This document shows positions 18,675-27,890 of a stretch of DNA of 64,000 nt, in pieces. Where the stretch lies: positions 1 to 64,000 of the forward strand of contig CAWJJC010000021.1 of assembly GCA_963843145.1 (NCBI GenBank), read 5' to 3'. This stretch comes from an uncultured delta proteobacterium (GTDB lineage: Bacteria > Desulfobacterota > RBG-13-43-22). Under the pieces are notes generated by a model. The model saw nothing but the letters and a program-made list of their open reading frames with translations, did not search any database and was not told the origin of the DNA. The translations under genes were made by a program, and so were the position numbers. Positions within the stretch are counted from its first letter, which is position 1. The number at the start of each line of letters is the position of its first letter.

Positions 18675-20131
18675 TTAGAAACACAGTTGTGAAGGATTCA
18701 TGATGTTGTTGGGATCAAAGACCTTTTTCAGCCGCTTGAGCTGATGGGCGTATGCCGCGGCCCGCTCATAGACGATGGCGCCAGGTCCCCGTAAGGCCGG
18801 GTGAAGACCGCCCCTTCCTTGAGCAATTCCTTGGCCGCTTCCTTAAAAAGCGCCCGGATGGCCTCTATCTCGTCTGGATCGAGAGGATCGTAGAAAAAAT
18901 TGAACTCCAGACGGCAGGCCCGGTTGTGCTCGATGGGTTGGAGATAAATCCCCAGTTCCCGGATGGGATAGTCGTAGCCCTCGGCGATTTCCACGACGCG
19001 GTCGATAAAATCCGGGGCCTGGAGCGGTCGGGTGTGGAAGAAGAGACTCTGACAGGCCCCCTTCAGCCGGTTTTTCCAGTGAGGCCGGTCGGCCGGCCAG
19101 GGGTTGCGCAGCAGGGACAGGACTTTGTTCCGCATTCCGGGAAATCCGGGAAGAGTTTCCCCCAGCTTCAGGCCCGGGAATTCGTTCTTAATGACTTCCG
19201 CCAGGAAATGCTCTTCGTAGGCGATCTTTTCCTCCGGACGTCGCTTAAGGCCGCTGATCACCAGGATCAGGGTCCAGGGAGGCAAGGCGGCTTCCAAGCG
19301 GTCGAAATCCTCCGGCCATTCCTCGGCCAGCAGCGCTGCCAGCTCCACCTGATTCAGCAGCAGGACTTCCTGGCCGATCCGTCGCGGCAGGATGCGGTGC
19401 AGAAACTGGATGGCCTCCTCCAGGTCCTCCACCGGGGCGAAAAGGACCTTGTCCATCCTGGGGATGGATTCAATTTTTAAATTGGTCCAGGTGACCACGC
19501 CCATGGTCCCCTGGGCGCACTGGAAAAATCGGTAAAAATCGAGACCCGGACCCGAGGGGTTCGCACCCTTGGAGCTGGATTCGGGATAACCGTTGACGCT
19601 GGCCGAACCCATGCGGAAGATCTCGCCGGTGGGCCAGACCACTTCCATGGCCTGAAGGGGTTCGCCGTAATCATAGACCTGGTTGGTGGGTTCTTCCCGC
19701 TCCAGGAAATCAGTGAGCACGCTGCGCTCGGCCGGGGGCGTCAAGGGCATGATGACCCGGAAGCCCGCCTTTTTCAGTTCCGCGGTAAGTTGACCCCAGG
19801 TGACTCCGGCCTCGAACCGGACCCGGCGGTTGTCGGCGTCGATCTCCAGGATCCGGTTCATCCGGGCCAAGTCGAGGACCACCCCGCCCTCCCTGGGGAT
19901 GGTGGCGCCAAAAAAATGGACCTTGGAACTGCAGGGGACCACCGGCAGGCTGTTTTCCTGGCAGAACCGGACGACCTGGCTCACTTCCTCGGAACTCCCT
20001 GGTTTCACAACGTAATTGGGTGCCCCGGCCGGCGTGTAACTGAAATCGGTGGCATACTTTTGCAACTGAGCCGGGTCATCCGAGAAGTTTTCAGCCCCAA
20101 CGAATTCGGACAGTTTTGATTTAACGTCCAC
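18675..20131 (-). CDS. FAD-linked oxidoreductase (second paralogue), frameshift near 3' end
   Basis: VVKPGSSEEV, LDLARMNRILEID, EVVWPTGEIFRMGS, GPGLDF..AQGTMGVVT; tail FDPNNIMNP in another frame. Confidence 0.8.
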
Positions 20132-20176
20132 TGTTGACCTCCCTCTTTATTTAATCGCAAATAATAAAAATATTGA

Positions 20177-20194
20177 TAGTCAATATATTGACTA
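20177..20194. promoter_or_regulatory. Perfect 18-bp palindromic operator upstream of the catabolic cluster
   Basis: tagtcaatatattgacta. Confidence 0.65.
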
Positions 20195-20619
20195 AACTAA
20201 CCAATTAGATACGTGACCTAGCACCCTTTGTCAAGGATTTTTTTTAGGTTTTTTTGCCCAGCTTAATGATTGTGTGGGAAGAGATAATGTTTTTAGGTTT
20301 GAAAAATAGATAACTGCGACGATTTATTGCATATTATTTTAATAAAATGAGGATGGTTTTAATATTTATTGGAGGGTTTTGTTATCCATTGGCTCCCTGT
20401 TCGAAAGGATAGGTTGTCGATTATTTCAAATAGACGTTTCTTTCTGACCAGTACTGCCTGAAATCGTTTTTTTGAAGAACAAGCCATCCTGCAAGATTTC
20501 TAAGGAAAATTGATCTCTCCATGCTCTAAAACCTTGCTCTCCGAATTACAATTTCCCCTATTTACTTTTCCGAAGATCGTGTATAATTCCAATATTCCAA
20601 AGACAGATTAAATAAGGTA

Positions 20620-20717
20620 ACCCTTCTCCCTGCTTCATCACTTTATCCTAATGGAGGCAAGCATATGGAGGAATTATAGACACACCATTTCTCAACGGAG
20701 GGGTGGGGTTTTTGTTT
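20620..20717 (+). promoter_or_regulatory. Attenuator-like leader (hairpin + terminator), homologous to 34283-34370
   Basis: ccatttctc-aacg-gaggggtgg + T-run ~50 nt before ATG; 42/53 match to the copy at 34283-34334. Confidence 0.55.
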
Positions 20718-20766
20718 GAAGCTAATTATTTGTGGATGAACTCATTCAGTACTTACAAGGGTTAGG

Positions 20767-22212
20767 ATGAGACAAGGCGACGGGAAAGAGGAAGGCCAAG
20801 GAGTAAAAGAGTTAAATCTGGAAGAAGCAGGACGGGAAATCTCTCTGCCGGCCCGGACCCGCTTGGTTACCCAGGGAGAAGACTCTAAATTCTTTTATGT
20901 AATTCTTTCAGGCAAATTGCGGGTTTTTCGAGAAACTGCCGATGGTATCATCACGGATCTCATCGAACTTCACCCAGGTAATTATTTCGGCGAACTTGCT
21001 TTGATCACTGGTCAAAAACGCTCGGCTTCAGTAGAAACAGTGGAAGAGTCCAGGTTGTTGGAGATCTCCAAAAAAGAATTTGACCAAGTGCTGGACAACA
21101 ATCCCAAACTGGCCAGGGATATCATCAATCAAATGGCTCATTGGTTAATTAGTGAAGATCAGCGACTAGAGCGAGAGACGGTCCATCAAGCCAGGCTTCG
21201 CAAGATTTCCTGGTTCGACTATGTCCTGATGTTGGGCCTAAGTATATTTTTTGCCTTGGTCTTCAATATCTATAACGATAATCAGCTCACACTGGTGCAG
21301 AGCTTAGGTGCAACCCAAAATATTACCGCCGTATCTTTGAATAAGGCTGTAGAGTTATTTTGGAAAAAGGAGGCTCTGTTTGTTGATGCCCGAAAAAACA
21401 GCTTTTATAAACAGAAGCATATTAAGGGTGCAATCAATCTTCAGGTCACCTTTTTTGACCTGATGTTTCCTATGTTTCAGATCACCCTGGAGCGTGAGCA
21501 AATACCTAAAGATAAGCCGATTCTCGTCTACGGTGGCAGTACCAGCCAACGCTTCGATATCGAGTTGGCCCAGATGTTAAGAAATAAGGGTTTTGAAAAA
21601 GTAATGGTGTTGGGCGGTAACTTCCAGGCCTGGGATGGGGGCGCCTTCTCCCTGGAAGAGGGAAAAGCCGAGGCCTTTCCTTCGGCCCCTCTAGATTTTT
21701 TTAGTTTTCTGGAGTGGCTTTCGGTGTCCATCTTTGTTTTGATGTGGATTCCCCCGGTGCGTCGCAGCCCCTATTTATCAGTGGTTTGTCGTCTGCTCTT
21801 AGGAATAATCTTCATCCAATCTGCCTTGAGTAAAATCATACGGCCGGCCGTCTTTGCCCTGAACGTGGTGGATTATGGTATGGTTCCGGCCTGGGGAGTA
21901 AATTTATTTGCTCTCATTCTTCCCTGGGCGGAACTGGTTGGCGGACTGTTTCTGTTTTTGGGCATTCGCACGTCCACTGCCGCCACCTTGATCGGAGGAA
22001 TGAACATCATTTTTATTGTCGGACTGATCAACGTCCTCTGGCAGGGATTATCCATAAACTGCGGCTGCGTAGGTGAAGCCGGCGAGCCGATAACCTGGTG
22101 GAAAGTTCTTAAAGACCTGGGTTTGCTTTTCATGTGTGCCCAAATCTTCCTCTATGACCGTATCTTTGTCCTGGATCGGGGGGGATTTGTCTGGCGGGAG
22201 AGGAAGATATGA
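20767..22212 (+). CDS. Fusion protein: cNMP-binding domain - TM - rhodanese-like - MauE/DoxX membrane domain
   Basis: FGELALITGQKRSASV; FVDARK..HIKGAINL; RLLLGIIFIQSALSKI..LPWAELVGG..INCGC. Confidence 0.8.
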   Translation: MRQGDGKEEGQGVKELNLEEAGREISLPARTRLVTQGEDSKFFYVILSGKLRVFRETADGIITDLIELHPGNYFGELALITGQKRSASVETVEESRLLEISKKEFDQVLDNNPKLARDIINQMAHWLISEDQRLERETVHQARLRKISWFDYVLMLGLSIFFALVFNIYNDNQLTLVQSLGATQNITAVSLNKAVELFWKKEALFVDARKNSFYKQKHIKGAINLQVTFFDLMFPMFQITLEREQIPKDKPILVYGGSTSQRFDIELAQMLRNKGFEKVMVLGGNFQAWDGGAFSLEEGKAEAFPSAPLDFFSFLEWLSVSIFVLMWIPPVRRSPYLSVVCRLLLGIIFIQSALSKIIRPAVFALNVVDYGMVPAWGVNLFALILPWAELVGGLFLFLGIRTSTAATLIGGMNIIFIVGLINVLWQGLSINCGCVGEAGEPITWWKVLKDLGLLFMCAQIFLYDRIFVLDRGGFVWRERKI

Positions 22213-22586
22213 CTAACTTCTTACGGAAGCAGTCTATCGCTATAGGATTGATCCTTGCCTGGGTTCTCTTGGGGGGCTGTGGAGAATCACAGTTACCGTA
22301 TGTGGGGACCTATCGTTCCGTCGAACCTTTTGCCGGCAAAGACCACGTTGAACTTGTCCTCAAGGAGGGGGGCGAATGCACATGGACTCTGGGGGAGAAT
22401 GGCACCCCTTTGGAATTTAAATGGCGAATCTCAGACGACCGCATTTGGGTGTACACCAAAAAGGGGGGAATTATCATTATAACCCCCAGTGAGGGCGGCA
22501 AGTTATTGTCTGCGGACATGAGTGGCGAGTGGCACCCAAGTTGTCCCTCTGATAAATGTCTTACCTTGGCCAGGACTAATAAATGA
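22209..22586 (+). CDS. Hypothetical lipoprotein
   Basis: Hydrophobic signal with lipobox LGGC; start overlaps upstream stop (ATGA). Confidence 0.7.
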   Translation: MTNFLRKQSIAIGLILAWVLLGGCGESQLPYVGTYRSVEPFAGKDHVELVLKEGGECTWTLGENGTPLEFKWRISDDRIWVYTKKGGIIIITPSEGGKLLSADMSGEWHPSCPSDKCLTLARTNK

Positions 22587-22898
22587 GGGCGTAGCAGAGA
22601 ATAAGAAAGCATTTTTCGTTGGCTATTTCAGTTGCTTCTTCCTGAAATTTTGCAAATTCAATTTTTGAAAATTCAGCGCAGTACAAACGGAAATTGGTTA
22701 GATAGACCAAGAAACGGCTCTTCTTAAACCATAAATCCCTCTATTTACCATCCCCAAAATCATGTATAATCTAGGGGCTGCTTTCCCTTATCTTTTTGCT
22801 GAACTTATGCTCTTCCACCAAAAAAGACATTTTATCGAGTCGTAAAAAAATTAGAGACGGCAATAAAAATCTTGGATTGAAAGGCAGGTTATTTCCAG

Positions 22899-24386
22899 AT
22901 GGAAACCGGAACTTTTGCTCCCACCATCAAGCGCCGGTTGACTGCAATTCTCGCCGCCGATGCTGTCGGATACAGCCGGCAGATGAGCGAGAACGAGGAA
23001 GCCGCGGTTCAGGTGCTGGCGGGCCAGCGGGCGATTATCGACCCCCTTATCGTGGCCCACGAGGGCCGTATCTTCGGAACGGCGGGCGATAGTGTCCTGG
23101 CCGAATTCCCAAGTTCGGTCGAGGCAGTCCGCTGCGCTGTTGAGATCCAGGAGGCGCTTCAGACCCACAATGATGCCGCCCCCGAATTACGGCGTCTCGA
23201 ATTTCGCATCGGCATCAACTTTGGCGACGTGATGGTGGATGGCACCAATATCCTGGGGGACGGAGTTAACGTGGCGGCGCGACTCGAAAGTATTGCTGAA
23301 CCTGGTGGGATCTGCATCTCTTCTTCGGTTTATGACCAAATCATAGGGAAGCTGAGTATCGGATTTGTCGACCTCGGTGAGAAGTCTCTGAAAAACATCT
23401 CCCGCCCAATTCGCGTTTATCGGTTCAATCGGAGCGGTGGGAAGTCGGACGCAGACCACCACGCGCCACCGACTCGGAAGCTTTGGCTTGGTATTGGCGG
23501 GACCGTTCTACTGGTGGTTTTTGTAGCCGGTGCCTGGCAGGCCGGATTATTTAAACGCCGGTCTACACCGGTATCCGCCCCGCCTCCCCTTCCCGCAGAA
23601 CGAACACCCTCGGTGAGCCCATCTGGGGTTGTATCGGAGGAAACGAAAATGAAGTTGCGTATCGCGGAAGCCGAGAAGGAGAAGGCCGAGGCCGAACTCG
23701 CAAAATCACGCACTGAGGCCGAAATGGCGAAACAGCGGGCGGCCGGCCGACTCGGCGAGCGCAAAGACGGCGTAACTTCATCCATGACGGAAATGATGCA
23801 GAGGATGTATACGACCGGGCAAGGATCAACGTCCCCACCGCGAGTTATTACTGCTGAACCGACAAAGTCAGCCGGGACAACTTCAACACCCTCCACCACG
23901 ACGACGGGCACCGTGACTGCCCCCACACCGAAGGCCGTTTCGCCAATTACCGCTCCTGTCGAGAAGCCGAGCCTACCCCCCAGCCCCCCAGCGACCGTCG
24001 CCTCATCCGCTACGCCGCAAACCAATGCGCCGCCCGTGGCGCCGGTGCTCACCGACTCCGATCGCGGTCTGGCTTTGAGATCGTGTGCGGCCTATGAAGA
24101 TTTACGGGCCTTCAGCGATACAATTTCGGTTCGTGTGTCAAACGGTGCAATGATCGTTGAGCAAGGTTTTCCAGGAAAACCCGGCTATCTGTTGATCAGC
24201 GGCCGGCCGTCTCCGGACGGACACCTCGTGCTTTCCGGAATGGGCATAGCCGATGCTAAACGATTGCGGGGTGAAACGTACCGGGCTCGATATGCGGGAA
24301 CCTATCGCGATGGCCGATACGAACTCAACGGGTTTAACGGAGCCCGTCGGTGCACGATGACCATCCGGATGGGTAGCCAACCCTGA
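22899..24386 (+). CDS. Class III adenylate/guanylate cyclase with TM helix, Pro/Thr-rich linker and extracytoplasmic C-terminal domain
   Basis: RRLTAILAADAVGYSR..GDSVLAEF..FRIGINFGDV..GDGVNVAARLES. Confidence 0.9.
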   Translation: METGTFAPTIKRRLTAILAADAVGYSRQMSENEEAAVQVLAGQRAIIDPLIVAHEGRIFGTAGDSVLAEFPSSVEAVRCAVEIQEALQTHNDAAPELRRLEFRIGINFGDVMVDGTNILGDGVNVAARLESIAEPGGICISSSVYDQIIGKLSIGFVDLGEKSLKNISRPIRVYRFNRSGGKSDADHHAPPTRKLWLGIGGTVLLVVFVAGAWQAGLFKRRSTPVSAPPPLPAERTPSVSPSGVVSEETKMKLRIAEAEKEKAEAELAKSRTEAEMAKQRAAGRLGERKDGVTSSMTEMMQRMYTTGQGSTSPPRVITAEPTKSAGTTSTPSTTTTGTVTAPTPKAVSPITAPVEKPSLPPSPPATVASSATPQTNAPPVAPVLTDSDRGLALRSCAAYEDLRAFSDTISVRVSNGAMIVEQGFPGKPGYLLISGRPSPDGHLVLSGMGIADAKRLRGETYRARYAGTYRDGRYELNGFNGARRCTMTIRMGSQP

Positions 24387-24674
24387 CCCCGAAACGAAGT
24401 TAATTAAAGAATAAGAATTGAGTTGAACTCGCGATAGTTCCTACGAGACAATTGTGCAGAGCCCAACTTGGAGAATGGAAACCTCAGGAGAGGTGAAACC
24501 CTGCCGGAAATGCGCTGTTGACAAGTGGTCGGAGAACTCAGAAAAAAACCTGGCCTCACTCATAGAGGAGGTTTTTACTCTATTCTATGAATCGCGGGCT
24601 CATGCATGTTTCGAACCGTAATTGTTAAACTTTGGGATCATGGTTCTAGTTGACTTGTAGGTGAAAGGGAAAAA

Positions 24675-24824
24675 TCAGGACTCAGGGTTCCGGAATATGG
24701 GCTTATCGTCCACTTGCCATTCAACCAATTTACCGACAATGGAGCCGAGGAGGACACCTCCCTGAAGCTTGATCGGGAGCCGACTTTGGTCGTCGGTAAA
24801 CCAGGCATAAAATTCTCCCTTTAG
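24675..24824 (-). pseudogene. C-terminal remnant of DUF3108-like protein
   Basis: KGEFYAWFTDDQSRLPIKLQGGVLLGSIVGKLVEW; no start, follows yjbQ stop codons. Confidence 0.5.
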
Positions 24825-24827
24825 TTA

Positions 24828-25247
24828 CTATTCTCCAATAATTTTTACCAAAACCCTTTTCTTTCTTCCCCCGTCAAATTCGCCGTAAAAAATCTGCTCC
24901 CAGGGACCGAAATCGAGTTTTCCACTGCTGATGGCCACCACCACTTCCCGGCCCATGACCTGGCGTTTCAGGTGGGCATCGCCGTTGTCCTCCCCGGTCC
25001 GATTATGGAGATACTGACTGACGGGTTCGTGGGGGGCCAGTTTTTCCAGCCAGCGGTCATAATCCTGGTGCAGGCCCGACTCATCGTCGTTGATAAAGAC
25101 CGAGGCGGTGATGTGCATGGCATTGACCAATACCAGGCCCTCCCGGATGCCGCTGTCTTTCAAACAGCGCTCGACCTCGTCGGTGATATTGATGAAGGCT
25201 CGTCGCTGCGGGATATTGAACCAGAGTTCTTTTCGATAGGATTTCAT
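24828..25247 (-). CDS. yjbQ: YjbQ (UPF0047) secondary thiamine-phosphate synthase family
   Basis: [42 protein letters not shown]. Confidence 0.9.
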   Translation of the reverse strand: MKSYRKELWFNIPQRRAFINITDEVERCLKDSGIREGLVLVNAMHITASVFINDDESGLHQDYDRWLEKLAPHEPVSQYLHNRTGEDNGDAHLKRQVMGREVVVAISSGKLDFGPWEQIFYGEFDGGRKKRVLVKIIGE

Positions 25248-25283
25248 AATGGCGCTCCGTTGGTGAGATTTTGAGCCAGCCGG

Positions 25284-25866
25284 TCAAAGGGTCCGCGCGA
25301 AGGCTTTTCCCTTAAGCCGGGCTTCTTCTAGATATTCCGGGTGCTTCAGGACGTCTCCCTCGAAATCCAGTCCGCGATACAGCAGGGCCTGCCACAATTC
25401 CATGTCCAGGACATCAAAAAAATACTTTACGGTTTGAAGCGCCCCGTCAAAGAGCTTTTGTGCCGGAAGTCGCCCCCACGGAAATAAAAAGACCCCGGCG
25501 GGAATAGTCCCTTTGACCGAAAGGGGTGCCGTCGATCCAGTATTTTTTGACCCAGAAAGACTGGCAACGGTCCATGAGGATTTTGGCCTGGGCGCTGACC
25601 GTATAGAAAAAGATCGGAGAGGCCAGCATCAATCCCCGGCATTGCTGAAGCTGATCATAAACTTTTTGAAAATCATCCTGGATGGCGCAGCGGCCCGTTT
25701 CCTTGCAGCCGTAAATTTCCAGGCAGGGAGAGATCTTTAAATCCCGGAGGACGATTTTTTTTACGGTCGCCCCAGCTTCTTCAGCCCCTTGAACCGCTCG
25801 GTCCAGCAAGAGCGCCGTGTTGCCTTGGCGCCGCGGGCTGCCATATATGGCCAAGATGTTTTTCAC
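25284..25866 (-). CDS. Flavodoxin family / iron-sulfur flavoprotein, frameshift at homopolymer near 25458
   Basis: GSPRRQGNT..ISPC..C..CAIQDD..ASPIFF..DRCQ; C-terminus continues in another frame. Confidence 0.8.
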
Positions 25867-26600
25867 ACTATAATTTCCTGATCATCCCTGGCGGCCAGGG
25901 TGTTGGGGAATATTTTTCGAGCCTTGGCCTGGGCCTCCCGGCGGTCCTTAAGCGTAGTATATAAACTAGCGTCAAAATGAACCAGGACCAATTTTTTGGC
26001 GCCCGCCTCCTGGGCGGCCTGGGCGGCCAAGACCGGATTAAGGTGGGGCCACTTGAGTGTTTCACCGCCTTTAAAGGCGCATTCGGTAATCAACAGGTCG
26101 GCCTGCCGGGCCAACAATCCTAAATTGCGACAAGGTCCGGTATCGGTGCAATAGGCGATGGTTTTATTCTCCAGGGTAAAGCGGTAGCCGTAGCAGGGAG
26201 AAATATGCGTTAATTTTCTCATTTCCACTGAAAAAGGCAGTGCCGGCAGGGCAAGCCGTTCGTGGATTCGCAAAGGGGTGTTCAGGTTTTTAAGGTTGGC
26301 GGTGAAAGGCTGGCGGATCAACAGCGTCAGAAATTTTTTGATCCCCGGTGGCCCGTAGACCTCAATCCCTCGGGAAAAATTGAATTTGTTCAAAACATGC
26401 AGACCGATCACATGGTCCAGATGGAAATGGCTTAAAAAAAGGTAGATCGGTTTGCGAGGGTCAAGATAGCGGTCAATTTTGTGAAAGCCGTTGCCGGCAT
26501 CCAGGATGATGGTTTCCTTTTGGGTTTCCAGTAGAATACAGACGGTATTGCCGGTAGGGGTATCGTACCAGCCGTTGGTTCCCAGGAAGATCAGGCGCAT
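25863..26600 (-). CDS. MBL-fold metallo-hydrolase (RNase Z-like)
   Basis: IFLGTNG, DAGNG, SHFHLDH, YCTDT, LVLVHF. Confidence 0.85.
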   Translation of the reverse strand: MRLIFLGTNGWYDTPTGNTVCILLETQKETIILDAGNGFHKIDRYLDPRKPIYLFLSHFHLDHVIGLHVLNKFNFSRGIEVYGPPGIKKFLTLLIRQPFTANLKNLNTPLRIHERLALPALPFSVEMRKLTHISPCYGYRFTLENKTIAYCTDTGPCRNLGLLARQADLLITECAFKGGETLKWPHLNPVLAAQAAQEAGAKKLVLVHFDASLYTTLKDRREAQAKARKIFPNTLAARDDQEIIV

Positions 26601-26774
26601 CCGTACGGTTCTCCTTCCTCAAATTTCAACAAAAATAGCAAAGATTGCCAAAAAGAGGTAGCAAAAATTAATGCCAAAGGAAATATTTCCCTGTGCTATA
26701 ATTCACCCCCGAGTTAGAATCCTTTAGGATTTCTAAAATCGGATTTCGAGCTTAAACCCAAAATCTTAATTAGG

Positions 26775-27890
26775 TTGGTTGCTTTTATGCCTTGGAAACT
26801 TGGAATCCCCCTTGTTCTCTCACTCCTGATCCTCGGGCAGCCTGTCCTCCTCCAGGCGGGCAGCGAGCCCTTGACCCTAACGGCCGTGGGGGACATTATG
26901 ATGGGCTCCACCGGGCAGCGGACCGCACTGCCTCCCGATGACGGGGAAGGGCTGTTTCAGGAGGTCAGTGAGCAGCTTCGGAACGGCGATCTGGTCTTCG
27001 GAAACCTGGAAGGTACCCTGTCGGATGGGGAGGAGGGAGGGAAATGCCGGGAGGATAAAAGTCCCTGGTGCTTTGAATTCAGGACACCCGCCCGTTATGT
27101 CCGGCACTTGAAGCAGAACAGCTTCAACGTGGTCAATCTGGCCAATAACCATGCTTGGGATTTCGGCCCGGAAGGGATCCGGAATACCCTCGAGACCCTT
27201 CAAGGCGCGGGGATCAAGGCCGCGGGCGGGACCACCCTGGCTTTTTTCGAAATCCGAGGAAAGCGAATCGTGGTGGCGGGCTTCTCCTATCAGGCTTCAA
27301 AATATTCCTATTCGATCCTGGAAATTCCCCGGGCCGTGGAAATCGTCAGGCAACTTAAAGCCAATTACGACCTGGTGATCGTCTCCTTTCACGGGGGGGC
27401 GGAAGGGCGCTCAGCCCAACATGTGGCCGATCGGAACGAGGTTTTCCTGGGGGAGAAGCGGGGCAACGTGGTTCGATTTGCCCGGTCGGTGGTGGAGGCC
27501 GGGGCGGATCTGGTTTTGGGACACGGCCCGCATGTCCTGCGGGCCATGGAGGTTTATCAAGGAAAACTGATCGCCTATAGCCTGGGCAATTTTTTAACCT
27601 ACGGGCTGTTTAACCTGAAAGGCCCCAACGGGATCAGCGTGATTTTGAAAGTTCGCCTGGATGCGGATTCCGGGCGTTTTCTCGACGGGCAGTTGGTCCC
27701 GGTGAGGCTGGTTAACGGCGGGCTCCCGGAAATCGACCCGGAAGGGGAGGGGATCCGAATCGTTCGCCGGTTATTCGAGGAAGATCTCGATTCCCGTCGG
27801 CTGACCTTATGCGAAAACGGGAGCCTCTGGGTGGCCGATGGAATCCGGACCTGTGGCGCGGAAAGGAATCAGGCCGTTGGAAGACGTTAA
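26775..27890 (+). CDS. CapA family (poly-gamma-glutamate synthesis) metallophosphoesterase
   Basis: AVGDIM, FGNLEG, NLANNHAWDFG, VSFHGGAE, GHGPHV, AYSLGNF. Confidence 0.9.
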   Translation: MVAFMPWKLGIPLVLSLLILGQPVLLQAGSEPLTLTAVGDIMMGSTGQRTALPPDDGEGLFQEVSEQLRNGDLVFGNLEGTLSDGEEGGKCREDKSPWCFEFRTPARYVRHLKQNSFNVVNLANNHAWDFGPEGIRNTLETLQGAGIKAAGGTTLAFFEIRGKRIVVAGFSYQASKYSYSILEIPRAVEIVRQLKANYDLVIVSFHGGAEGRSAQHVADRNEVFLGEKRGNVVRFARSVVEAGADLVLGHGPHVLRAMEVYQGKLIAYSLGNFLTYGLFNLKGPNGISVILKVRLDADSGRFLDGQLVPVRLVNGGLPEIDPEGEGIRIVRRLFEEDLDSRRLTLCENGSLWVADGIRTCGAERNQAVGRR

